Shown: piece after piece, positions 1 to 12,604 of the stretch
Numbering within the stretch: position 1 is the stretch's first letter
Layout of the letters: the number at the start of each line of letters is the position of its first letter
Made by a program: the position numbers and the translations under genes
Assembly: GCA_026770705.1 (NCBI GenBank)
Contig: JANJGN010000041.1
Span: 5,704,001 to 5,768,000 of the forward strand
Direction of reading: 5' to 3'
Source: Isurus oxyrinchus
Taxonomy: Eukaryota
Length of the DNA stretch: 64,000 nucleotides
Notes under the pieces: generated by a model
The model's database searches: none
Told to the model about the DNA's origin: nothing
Seen by the model: only the letters and a program-made list of their open reading frames with translations

Positions 1-359
1 TTCTGACAGTTGTTTAAATTTCCCCTCTGAGACTTTAACTAGCTTTGCCTTTAAATAATGTTGAATCATAACACATAAAAAGTTTACAAACCTGATGTTC
101 GTATTCCATTAACCTAAACTAAAAGCTCAGGTAGAAGTTGGCAACCTGCTTTCTGGTGAAACTCTTTTTTAAATTTGTCGCAGCTTGGGGAAGAGTGATA
201 TTACTGCGCACTCTCTCCAGTATTTCGAGAAAATATTTAATGACCTACCGTCTACTGTTGTTTTATATTTGTAACACTTAATTCCAAATAGCGACCACCC
301 CGTGACAAATGCAATACCCCATATTCTCTGGTTTGGAAAGGAGACTCCTTAACATGAAA

Positions 360-1250
360 CATTTCCCCTAGTTATAGATTCCCTCACTAGAAAAAACATC
401 CTGTCAACATCAACCCTGATAAAACAGCCCTAGAACCTTGGAGGTTTCCAGAATATCTTTTCCAACTTTTTCAAATTCTAATGAACAGTAACCTATCTCC
501 CTGAGCTTTCCTCATAAGTTAGCTTTTCATACCAGTGAGCAGTCGTGTGATCTCTCTTTAAACTGAGCCTAACGCATGTGCATTGTTACTTAAATAAGGA
601 CAGCATAAGTGCACAAGACACCATTAACTTGTTGCAGCAGCACGGCGTCCCCACTTGCATACATCACCCCCCATCCAGTGATTGCTAATATTTTATATAC
701 CTTACTTTTCACTTACTGTACTTGTATGCTGACTCATCATGATTCATATTCGAGAACATCTAGAGCTTTTCTGCTGCAACAGACAGAACACTTTCTCTAC
801 TTTTAAATCTTCAGCCCCTATTATACCTAACAAAGTGACAATCTGACATTTTCTGATATTTTCCTGCAACATGTTTTTATTTTTGAACAAACACTTAACA
901 TTTATTTTTGCGGAGTCTTCGCAACGTTGATCATAATTATTTTTGAATGCATATGTATATCGTCAGTAAAGTTGACCGCACTGCACTATATTTCTTTATC
1001 CAAGTCAACATTGTAAAACGGTTTGGGTAAACTTGAGGCCACAGTATTGAACCCTATGGCACCCCCACCCGTCCAGATACAGTTTTGTCAACTTGAAAAC
1101 GGGCCAGTTGTGTCGACTCTTTTTCCTGTTAAGCCACCTGACAGACATGATGCAACGTTACCCTAAAACCATGACTATGCAACATGTGTAATAATCATTT
1201 CTTAAGTGGAAACGTATCGGATACATTTTGGAAAGTAAAAATAAATCTGC
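360..1250 (-). mobile_element. Degraded CR1-type LINE, 3' portion
   Basis: Reads as the reverse complement of a CR1 3' end (ctagttatagattccctcactagaaaaaacatcctgtcaacatcaaccctg...). No intact ORF. Confidence 0.55.
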
Positions 1251-2199
1251 ATCAAGGAGTCCTTCTCTCCTCATTGTGCTTGTTACATTCCGAAATATCG
1301 AATACAATTATGCACGTTTGTTTTTATTTCAGAAAATCATTTTCACTCTTCCTGATTGGATCATGAATTCCTACAGTTATTGCGATCAGTTCCTTAAAAA
1401 TGCCTTCCTTCTGGAGTTAAGAGGAAAAGAACAAACAGGAAAAAAAAACCTTTCAGCCTCGGTGACATGGTCCAACTGGTGGCAGAACAATTTCTGTTGG
1501 TATAAGAAGGCAGCTTGCACTGAGTGAAAAAAAATTAAACGGAAAATCAAGATTAATGATACGTTAATTGTAAATATAACAAATAACATTTTATTTTAAA
1601 AGAACGTTGACTCTTAATATATGCAGAGTTACGTCACTCGCAAAAGTCAAGAGTTCATGATTTTGCGAATATGTCTTTTTGGCCGAGAAGACCTCCGGAC
1701 GAGTTTTCCTGCGGACAGTAAAAAGTTAATGGCACGGCTGTGGGCCCTGAGTCACATGACCTCTAGACCTATTAAAGTCTCGCATACAAATCGTATGAGA
1801 GCTAGGTAGATTTATTTAAATCATGATTGTTTTAAATAAATAAACAACTTGCTACATATTCCGTATATGTAACCTTAAAAGTAAAGGCAGATTGACTTTT
1901 AGTAACCGGTTCCTTTGTAATTCAATGTTGGACTCATTCAGGCCTTTGAAGGACCGACTTCCATAACGTTGTTTCCAACGTTTATGGTCAATGTTAAATT
2001 TAGGCAGATTAACTGTCTATCTCCACCAGATTGGTAATTATTTATTAAGTCTGTAAGGTTCCACAAGCTGGAATAAAAGAACGATTAGCATTTCTGTTTT
2101 AGTGTTGGTCCCCAGATGTGACTGAGGATCGACTGCGCAGGGTTGGTTTAATTGTACTTTGCCCTCTTCGTTCATCGGTGGTGACCATCACAGCCAAGA

Positions 2200-2470
2200 C
2201 CTGCTTTTGTTGCTGATGTTTAATTGCAGTCCCTCGGTTCAAGCTGGCTAGGCAGTTCAATGTCATCCTTAATTGACTTTTCTGCAGAGTGTCTATAAAA
2301 CTGATTATTTGCTCGGCCATTTCTAAGGGCAGTTAGGAGTCAACCACGTTACCGTGGGACTGGAATAACTTGTAGGCCGTGCAGTGTGAGGCCGAAATTA
2401 AATGGCATTACAGAACAAGATTTTTAAAGACAATCCAATAATGCCATTGTCACAATTCCTGGGTTTATTA
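2200..2470 (-). mobile_element. Fragment of tRNA-headed SINE
   Basis: gggcagttaggagtcaaccacgttaccgtgggactggaataacttgtaggcc resembles the body of the SINE seen more completely at 37955-38340. Confidence 0.4.
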
Positions 2471-3481
2471 TGCAAGGATTTTCTTTCCGGATTTCGTTTA
2501 ATTGGAAGTTTGTTGGGTGTGTAAAAACTATAATGTTTCTTAGAGTTCCCAATTGCGCGAATTCCTTGCGAGTCAACTCCAGCGCTTCCTTTATGATTAG
2601 TTACATGCATTTCGCTGCCTTGAGAACGGTAAGGCCTCAAACCGTGCATCAACTCCCTGTGTCTGCAGACAATTCTGTGTTATGCACGACAACCAGTGCC
2701 ATAAGGCCTCCCATGGTGTATCCCTTCACTGTGTTTATAAACAGTTCAGTTCCCTGGGTTAGAGTTTGCTTCATCCGGTCTTTTTGAAGAGACTACCGGG
2801 TCCAGGCCACTTTCGCCCACCACCACCACCACTCCTGCACGGCAGAACAGCTCCAAATCTCTGTCTCCCTTTTCTGCTTCAAGATAATTTTTAAGACCGA
2901 CCCGATAGACTAAACCTTTGATCAGTTGTCCAGTTATGTTGTGTGGACCTAATGTGAAGAAACCTGAGCCACGTGACTGTGTTAATTGTGTCATATCAAT
3001 ATGAGTTGTTGTTGTCAATTTGCCGTATAATGCTCTATGCAGCATCTTTAGTTGTTTTACTTTGGTTATATTCAATACAACTACACGAGGGCTTCCATTG
3101 CTGCACTTCGGATTCTGTGTCATGCTTTATGTGTGGTTGTAAGGATCAGTGCATGAATCCCGTCATCCCATTCCTCTATCACTCATCGGACAATGTGACA
3201 GGAGGTCCTGGGCCGATCTTCTCAGAGGGAAAACCATGATAAGTCCCTGTTCCCTGAAATCTCCCTGCTCTGTGTTTGGTGTTCAGTGAGAATTTTTTGT
3301 ACGATTTCCACAGACAGTGTAACAGACGTTGCAGAGCCCTGACCACTTACAGATTGAATAATCGTCTAGGAGGTTTAGAAAGAAATTTGACAAAGTAAAT
3401 TAGAAAAATGCTCAAACACAGAAACAATCACCACTATTATTGGCATTCGACTGACTATTTCAGACGTTGAACATATATTTT

Positions 3482-3532
3482 TGAGAGAGAGTATGAGAGA
3501 GATTGAGAGAGAGAGCGAGTAAGAGAAAGAGA
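3482..3532. repeat. (GA)n imperfect microsatellite
   Basis: gagagagagtatgagagagattgagagagagagcgag is directly visible. Confidence 0.85.
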
Positions 3533-3689
3533 ATTTACTGCGTCCGTCACCCACCATGGGCTTGCCTTCCCCCGAGAACGGGTTCATTGCGCTCCCTCCA
3601 GAGAGAAAATTGGTAATTCCCGATCTTCCGGCGAAAATCTCATACTCCCCCACCGTGGCAGGCATATAGTCCCCTGGTCGCTGCTTTTA

Positions 3690-5030
3690 TTGGGTATCGC
3701 TCATCTGAGGGAACTTCTGAAGCTCCTCCTCGCCAGGTATTCATGCTATATATCTACTCCTCACCACTTTTCATGTAATATATGCCACAGGGCCCTAGTT
3801 GTAGGTGATATACATCTTCTTCGCTGATTTACCTGGCAAAGTTCACCCATTGCCGGGTCAAACCACAGAAATAACACACCGTCCATTGGACCTGGCATAA
3901 CCCCACACTCCACCAAGCCAGCCCCCGTAGTGTACCTGGTAGAAATCTCCTTCTTCTTGGAAAATCTTGTTTCTCATTGACTGCCCTGCAGCACGTAATA
4001 TATATTTACCCCTCTGCCAATTAAGCTTTAATATCAACCCCCTGTTCGATTTTCCCCCTACTTTGTGCACGAAGAAACACTATGCCTAGTTTATCTCGCG
4101 AACTGTTCTGCAACCAGACTTATCCCACTGTACTGGTATATATCCACATCCCATTGCGCCGATTATAGCTCTCCCAGTATACTTGGTTTGCCTCCCTAAC
4201 CACACCACCACCAGTATCCTGGCACACCATCGCCCTCTCCTGGTGTTACTGATATAAATAACGCTCCACTGACTGTGCTTCATGACCTCCTTTCTCTACT
4301 TCTACATATCTGATTTATGCCCCATCCCATCAGTTTAACTGGCAGATCAGTTCCTCCATCTGGAGAACATCCGTATTTTGAGCATTCAACGCAGCATAAC
4401 TTGTATCTCATTCATCCCTACCTCCCTGCAGATGTGCATCACCACAATTCAACAATGTTTTTCCCTCCACCCTTTGTTCCGGTATCTCATTCCCTCGTGA
4501 AACTGGTATGACTCCCCCGAACAAGTGTCATGTCTGTTGTATCAACACTATTCCACTCTATATTAGAAAACAAAAGCTTAATCTGGTCTGCAGGGATATC
4601 AGCCACCAGCCAGTAAATCATGCTGTATCATCCCATTTTTTCTTGTCAACCTGGTATATGATATCTGCCCCATTATACCATTAGCACCACTATGCTCACC
4701 GCTTATAATTGGTATACCCCTGTTTTCAACGGAAGTTTTTTTCAACATATAGCAATGTACTTGGCACAATACTCAACCACCCCCACCCCGCTGCGCCCGT
4801 TATTCATGGTGACAGCTTTTGGGCAGGCAGGTGTTGTTGTAATGGAACAGCACGTTTGTGGCGGACCGTGATATTCATGAATCAGTCGGGACCCACCACA
4901 GTTATCGAAGCAGGAGGAGTAGTTAATGTTTGGTCACAGTAGTGGCTAGTTTTCCAACCTGCACTGTTATCATCATTACTAGCCCATATCCTCATCTGCT
5001 CTCCAAAAAGATCGTCTCCACTCTAATGCC
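3690..5030 (-). mobile_element. Possible decayed endogenous retroviral env-like segment
   Basis: Minus-strand translations (with stops and frameshifts) give NITVRHKRAVPL (furin-like R-x-K-R plus hydrophobic residues), VPGYWWWCG and GGWLGGVWG. Motif-level evidence only. Confidence 0.25.
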
Positions 5031-5990
5031 TTCAGCATTTTCGTGATAGCACGTGGGGTGACTTTATTTGACTAAAGACTGGCATTTGCGATACTGGGGA
5101 CAAAAAATGTTGCTTATTTGGATCATCTATGCACATATGGTTGAAATTGTTGCAAATATTTCTGCCTTGTTGTATGCTCTCGTGTGTCCTCCCATCAATG
5201 AGGTTGGGGATGTTTGTGCAGCCTCCGCCTTCAGTTAGTTGTGTTTTTGTTCACAGTCACTCATGTCTGGATGTGGAAAAACTGAAGATTTAAACACTGG
5301 ATCGTTTGTTGGGGGATCATTTTTGCCTGCCCACCATATGTTTCTTTGGATGTTTGTTATGGAAGTTTGAATTTGTTGCAGCTTTGCAATATGATTTTGA
5401 AAGTTTTCATCTCACTTTTAGGAATGTCTGGCAGTGTTCCCACATGCCAGCATCCCACAGCATACCCTCACCACCCACTGCCCGCGCTCTTCTGACAGCC
5501 AGAGTTTAGCTACAGTTTCATATTAATTGCAACGTGAGGTATATGCAGGGCCAAGGTATTACAGCATGTGGTTGCATACAATGCTACCGCCGTTGTTCTT
5601 CCCCCGGCACCTAATGAATGCCCATTTTCCCGTTGTTAGAACTATTCCATTTAACCCGCTCATAGAGCCGCATTATATGATGGTGCATATCTCAATGTGA
5701 GCATGGGAGTTAATCACCAATACAATTGTGAGGTGCTCACTCTTTCTTCTGCTTTCATGTTTTCATGCATCTGAAACAGATAGATTGGTGAGGAGGAAGT
5801 AACATAGATTTGTCTTCCGTGTTGCTGGTTCCTTCACCAGCTGCTACTGAGCCATTCCAGCAGCAATGTATTTTATGAGTCAGACAGTTTGGAAAGCAAT
5901 AGTGTGTCTGAGCCACCCATGATGAAGCGCATTGAAGTTCCTCAAGCAGATTGTGGTTTGTGACCTTGCCAGCCAATAAGATTCTTCCAA
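5030..5990 (-). mobile_element. Fragments of an APE-RT LINE (endonuclease and linker region)
   Basis: tgtgaggtgctcactct...gattggtgaggaggaag...ggttccttcaccagctgc and the 5030-5260 segment resemble the LINE family that recurs at 22850-24200, 49690-50270, 55090-56370 and 63340-63520. Confidence 0.5.
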
Positions 5991-6779
5991 TTGCTTCTCA
6001 ACGCGGAGGAGTTCTGAATCTTCAATTAAACAGAGAATGTTTCAGGGTCTTATCATTTTCTCATTTTTCTTTCTGCCTTTTCTCCGCACCCGAGCTATAT
6101 TACCTCTGTTTGTTTTTCCCTCTCTCTGCACGAGCTATCCATTGCACTCTAAATACAAATAGGGCCGCTCATTTACGTCAATTATACAGACGCCTCCAAT
6201 CTCACCCAGAAGGGAAAGGTGGTTTGCTTTCAAATGTCAGAACAGCGCACCCCACATCCCGCCCCTAAAGCGGAGTGTAAGGCGCGTTCGTCACAATTAT
6301 CCATACCCAAGGCACGTCTGTGTCCACCACAGTCAAACATCGAAGCATTTGCAAACTGGTCACTCTATTCATCCAAATTCTTGAGAACAGTGACATTCAA
6401 CTTCCATTACCTTTCGATACCTCTTCTACCAAAGTGTATTATTTTACCTAGCAATGCATTAAATTGCAACTGCTAATTCACTGCCAATTTTGCTCGTTTC
6501 GCCAAGTCCGATTGCAATGGATTCGTACCATCCTGAGTGGTTGACCGCCACCTTACCATGTGTGTATCTGTAACATATTTTGAGACGTGGTCCTGTGTTC
6601 AAAAATCCTGCTGGTTTATAGAGAGCAAAACGAACACCCGCCAACAGAGATTCTTGGGGAATTCTAGTAGCTACCATCATCCAGGCTGAAACAAAACGAT
6701 TACCAACAGTTTCTGTTTTCAGTAACCAACATTTACTGAATTGTATACAATTGGATAGAGACTCCCTGCTTCTGCCCTC

Positions 6780-8030
6780 TTTCACAGAATGAATATTTTC
6801 AATCACTCTAACGCTTTTCTGGAAGGTCACCTCACCACACATTTATATTTCTAAGTAATTCCTCATTATGCAATTAAATCAGAGGTAGGCCACTTTGGGA
6901 ATCCTTCCACTTTATTTCTATTCCCTTACGTACAAATAACTGTACCTCTCCCTGCTTATCCTGTCTGTTAATCTATATGTAAGCATATTTACACGATGCA
7001 TTCGCCGGCTCTTCTTTCTACCGGGGTTTCTTTACTACATAGTTTACCACACTCTGTCGCTTTTCAACCAGGTAATGCCAACTAATCATTGCCTTCAAAT
7101 GTTCACCTGACACAAGCAACAAAAACAATACTTTGTCCACAGCCAAAAAACTAAGAGCCATTGCCCCTTCAGCTGCATTTGCCTTCGTAACTTGCTGAGG
7201 TATAATTAATTGTTTGCTTCTTAGCTCACACACCTTCCTCAATCTTTCTCTGAAATTCACCACATGGTCCAAAAAAGTAGTTTCTAAATTTTGACTCACG
7301 AAGTTTTCCTGAATCAGTTTGAACTTTCCCCACACTTATTGACCATGCATTCACTCAAAAGGACTGAACTCTGTTGTCACATTAAGGAATTCCTTAATGG
7401 AAAACAACAAGAATGGAATCCCTCCAAAACAACCATGTGGATCGTCTTGATCACATGCACTAATTATAGCTTTATGCACTCATGCCACGTTGCTAAGGCA
7501 CACAGTGATTCAGGGTGATCGCCTGACATCCTAAGTTGTTTCATTGCTAAGCTGTTGATAACTTATTTTAAGCGTTTTAACATGAAATTCGAACACTGAT
7601 CCGACTGCATTTCTTATTTTAATCCACATCTTGTATTGAAAAATGTTTTACTCCACTACAATCAACTTTGCTGCATTTTTCCTTAAAGGTAAGAATCTGG
7701 AAATCTTGTGGACACTTATATGATTGTCGGGAAGCACTGATTCAAACTTTTAGTCCTCAGAAGTTGTCCTACCCAGTCAGGACACTGTTAACTGGTTCGT
7801 CAAACGCTGGCATTTGAATTAAATGTGCAGGTTTAACTGATGCTTGAGGTTTTCCTTTCACTTGACGTGCGACATGTTTAACAGAATTTGGCTACATCTT
7901 TATGTCGTCAAGTCCAATAGGTTATTTTCTACGTTGTAATAAGCTTCCACATGTACAGCGATTGGAATTTTATGAGGTACTCTCAAAATGATGTATCCTG
8001 TCCACTTCCTATTTATAACTAAATAAATAT
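6780..8030 (-). mobile_element. Gypsy (Gmr1-like) LTR retrotransposon integrase, decayed
   Basis: Minus strand gives the HHCC region (LRVPHKIP...HKDVAKFC*TC), the core (QSDQCSNF, HPESL, GIPFLLFSIK, FSPFE) and the C-terminal ORF 7018-7335 (FLDHVVNFRERLRKVCEL...DKVLFLLLVSGEHLKA...VNYVV), followed by HRVNML and LHNEELLRN. Confidence 0.85.
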
Positions 8031-8049
8031 ATTAGAAGCAATATGGGCA

Positions 8050-8480
8050 TGGTGCAGAGCGGATTATTGCTTTGGCACCAGTGATGTTAGATCAATCAGT
8101 CAAATTGAGAGGTTAGAGGCGCTGGGATTGCTCATCTTTTACCGTTGAAGTTAAAAGTGAAATTCTATCGCGGTGATGAATATTCCATGGTTTTTTCAAA
8201 CGGGAGGTGGACATTTTCCCACTGTAAGTAGGATAGGTAACATAATTGCCAAAAGTGTCAGAGTCCATGAAAAGAAAATGATTGTAGTGAGTTGTTACTA
8301 TGTGGAAGGCATTGCCTGCAGACACGTCGAAAGCTGTTTCAGTGGGGAACTGAATAGCTACTTGCAGCCGCTATGGGAAAAGAACAGACACGGGAAACAT
8401 ATCTGGATATTTCTTTTGAAGCCAGCATATGCAAGATCCAAACAATGGATTAATTCTGCCCTCTATAATCCATCGACGTG
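8050..8480 (+). mobile_element. CR1 LINE 3' fragment
   Basis: ggtgcagagcggatt...gagaggttagaggcgctgggattgctc...ttttcccactg follows the typical CR1 RT C-terminus and 3' UTR order. Confidence 0.6.
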
Positions 8481-8689
8481 AAGACATAAATCATTGACAC
8501 CCTCAACTTGTCTATAAAATTTGCTGTCAGCTGTTCTTTTTTTAACCAGATGTTGATCATTCATTTAACCCTGGTATAGGTGACAAAAGAACAGAAAACA
8601 TCTTAAGTTGATTTTCACGTTCTGTTCGCAATTAATTTAGCAGAGAATCAAACATGTCGCAGCTATTGTTTGTGAACTAACGCGACCTG

Positions 8690-11600
8690 ACTCCAATATC
8701 AATCAACCGGACTACTCAATGCTCTGAATAAAAGCTGAAATGATGCCAAACCAAATTAAGGACCCAACGGCCCACATGATCTGAGCCAAACATTCAGCCC
8801 AAATCAATCCCTTTCCCCGACTCTGACAACAGCACCCGAGCCCGATCTGCCAAACACTGATACTTTCCAAGTATCACTTGCACAGTCCAGACAGGCTACC
8901 TTTGATCAACCGTGAAAAAACACCGCATCTCCCAGGCTCCATTAAAAACTGAACCGCTCAAACTACCTGCCCATAACAACCAGATCTGATGATTGGTACA
9001 GATTGCCCCACATAAGAGGCAGACCAGCGAACCCTTGTCGTGTTCTAATTAATCAATTGTAAACGATACATGCCTATCGACCTTCCCACCTGATTGTACT
9101 CCATTCTAGACTCACCTCTGAAGCAATGTCACTACATCTCGCAATGATAATGTCCGACAACCTCTGACCTGATCCGACTATCTACTGACCCTATCAGGCT
9201 GCCGCCGCAAAAACCAGACCCAGCAAGCAACTGACCAAATCCGACTATCCTCCCTACCAAGCAGATGCTACAACACCTGACATGATGTTTCTGCACCACT
9301 TGCAAAGCCGGCCTGAATAACCACATGCCTGACTAGCTTGCGCAAGAAACTGACTGGACCATTCTCCGAATTGATCTGACTATAAGCCAAGCTGACCAGA
9401 CCCAGTCACTCAACTATCACAATGTGACAACGCACACATTGCCCAGGCCTGACTCCCCGCGACTTGCTCCGAATACCTGTGCCATTGCCCATTACAGCCT
9501 GTTCTGAAGCACACCAGTAAATCCTGCAAACGAACACGCCAAATTAGCGAATGGATCCGAAATGCTTACCCGGGCAGGTTGGTTCCACGACCTTGACCAG
9601 ATGATACCCCTAACCTCACCGGTTAATCCCCACAACAGGATTAAACAAAATGCTGAGCTTTAGGAATACATACCCCGACGTTTTTACCTGCCCAGCCCAG
9701 ATTAATACCCTCTGACCTGTCACTCATTGAACCATCAGGGCTAACTCATGGAATGCCTGCCTTAAAGCAGTGTTGCTCTTCCTTCTGACATCCAGGAAGG
9801 ACTAACTCACGACATGACTACATCTTTCCTGACCCGACTACACCTCCAACCAACTTGGTGACATTTTTGAACCAAACTCCCTTCACTCTTCAAACTCCAG
9901 GCGATATTCCCCTCAGCTAGACCCCTTTCTAAAATGGCCAAACTGTCATTCTGGACCTAACTATACCACTACACGGGCTACATACTGACCCGACAAGGCT
10001 ACACAAATACGCCGCTGCCCCACCACCTCCGAACCAAAAGCCCAGTCAAACTGATTATCACCAACAGAGCCCGGCCAATGTCTGAACCGGCAATCCTACC
10101 ACTCAACAATGTCAGCCCCGCCCAAACTCAAGTGACTAATTTCTGCAAACCACGACTAACCAGATGGGCCAAAATGCCCCAGCAATAACCAAAAATCCTC
10201 TGACAAGTCCCCACTACACACGAGAGATGACTACATCCTTGCCCGCATCCGATTACACCTCTGCTAAACCGGACAGAGTCAAGCCCACCTCAAGTCATTA
10301 ACATTGACTCGACCCTCCTACCTCCCTGATCTGATCAACACGTGCAATCCAACCCAACTGCCCTGAGACCTGACCGACTGCAAACCGGTGTTGAGCCAAT
10401 GAAACCCTTCTCCGATTCTAATTACCCATCCTCAACCACAGCCAACAAGGTACCGGACTTTAACTCTATGACCCAACCTGAGAAACCCCGGTCCAATCCG
10501 AGTAACACCCATACACGCCCCAAGTATCCATTCAATTCCCACACATCTTAAATCCACTGCGAATAACCAACAACCTGACTGGATTACTCACGACCTATGA
10601 TGATTGTCTCTAGTTGACAAGATTACACTGCCGAACTCACCGGATATGACTACAACCTTCTGGGTGTGTCTAACACTGCAAGCTCATCTGACTACCCTGT
10701 GTCGAACTATCTTAATGATCCAACAAATCAGACTGAAACGTTTGCCCAAAATTACTACCCAGCGAATCGAATATCCAAAAATGGCAACCATTCCTCACTC
10801 AACCTGACAAGGATGCATTTACTAACTAAATTAAACCCAGGCAATCGCAGCACCTCCAGCCCGAACCAACCTGACGTTACTGCACACTGCAAAGTGAACT
10901 GACTACACCCACAAGCTGACCCATTTTCCCAAACCGGCATGACTGCCATTCAGCACAAACTGAACACTTGTGGCTCCAACCTGAAGACCGAAACAATCTA
11001 CTCATCCAAACAATGAACCCACTATCCCCGAACTGAATAGACTATCCCCCAAGTCGATGCAACTATTCCGATGATCAAAAACAACTTTCCCACGGCTTGG
11101 CCCGTCTACAGCTCGAGTTGCTGAACTAACACCCGACCCGAACAAAGTCTTCTCTGACCCGCCACCCTACCAGATTTTCCACACAAGCAGATTTGATTAT
11201 CCCATGGGTGACGAGGCTTTCCAACACACAAGATCGAGCTACAAAAGTACTCTACCCTAAACCATCCAATTTCCCCAACTTTTCTGGATGATAGATTCTG
11301 CACAATAAATACACCTCCAGCTGATGAAATCCGCATCGACCTGACTATCCCCCAAGTCCAATTTAAATATTTCCCCGATCACTCACGACCTATTATCAAA
11401 TGGGATGAATATCCACATGACCCAACGTACTAGAGCTCCAATCAGAAAAAAAATAACTCAGATCGAGGCACCACTACAATCCAGATACATGACCTCCCTC
11501 TTCCCCAATAACGACTGACCCCATTCACCTCACGAAACAACCGAAACACCCCAGCTTTCCACAATTGATCCAAATCGCTGGACGTGGCCAAATTCACCAC

Positions 11601-12440
11601 TGTCCCCAATAACCGCTTGAAACAAACTGACCCTTTTGCAGGCCAGTTTACTGCTGCCAGACAAACCCATTAAGATTTCGCTCATCCTCGCTGCATTTCC
11701 AAGCACACAAAACCAATTAACCTGAGCTGATTACCCGATTGAACGGCCCCAGTTAACCCCATATTTAACAAACTATCCTCTGAGGCCAGACTACTTACTG
11801 ACTTGAACGGAGCTGACTACATTTGGCCACCCAACAATTCCCATTCAATAAATGAAAAACCCAATTACTTAACTTCCCGCCAAAAAGGACGGCTCCTCTG
11901 ACCTGACCACACTGATAGATTACGTCACTAACCTTGACTCGGCCCGCCCATCCACACGCGCAAATTTCCCAAGCTGCACACCCCACTGATTCCTATCCTG
12001 AAGCGATCAACTTTAAAATAACAAGTCTGGCCAGAATTTACTATTTGACCTCACTGACCCCGAATTTGATGAAAGGAAATGTGAAATGCACACAGAGCAT
12101 CCAGTGTAACTGTAACAAGCACACACGCCCTCAAATAACTTCACTCATTAGCAAACCAGGCTAACCCTGTAAAAAAGCACTGACCTTGCCAAGTGACCTG
12201 GCATGAATATCACCATCTCCGGCCTTGCTGGATTACACACGGACGGATTCAAATGCCCTTTCGAACTTATTGGCTGCCCCATCGATCTGAACGGAAAGCA
12301 TCCACGAATTGAGCTGAAAGAACTGACGCAAGCCAATTGCACATCAGGTCAACATCCCTTACTACCTCATCCGATTATGCAGCAAACAGGCATGTGTATG
12401 GGGGACACCACCCCCATCTACTCCCCTCAACCACTTCCCC
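8690..12440. repeat. Long, highly degenerate C/A-rich tandem-repeat-like tract
   Basis: Recurrent motifs ctgacc(c)gactac and gactatcccccaagtc (about 11040 and 11344). The + strand is visibly rich in C and A and poor in G over about 3.7 kb. Confidence 0.6.
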
Positions 12441-12604
12441 ATATGAATGGCATGTGAGAACATCAGAAGCTTGGAAGCCGGCACCAACGTTTACTGAGGA
12501 GTTCAACCATTGCACTTCATGCATCGCAAGCAATGTTTAATCATGTAAATAGCCCATACCGCGCTGCTCCTGGTGCTGCATTGTTCTACCTGAACATGGA
12601 AGAT

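Noticed and set aside
1621-1809. 62-aa ORF with CRE-like (ttacgtca) and E-box-like (gtcacatgac) words
   Set aside because: No recognisable protein and no linked exon. Short motifs like these are expected by chance.
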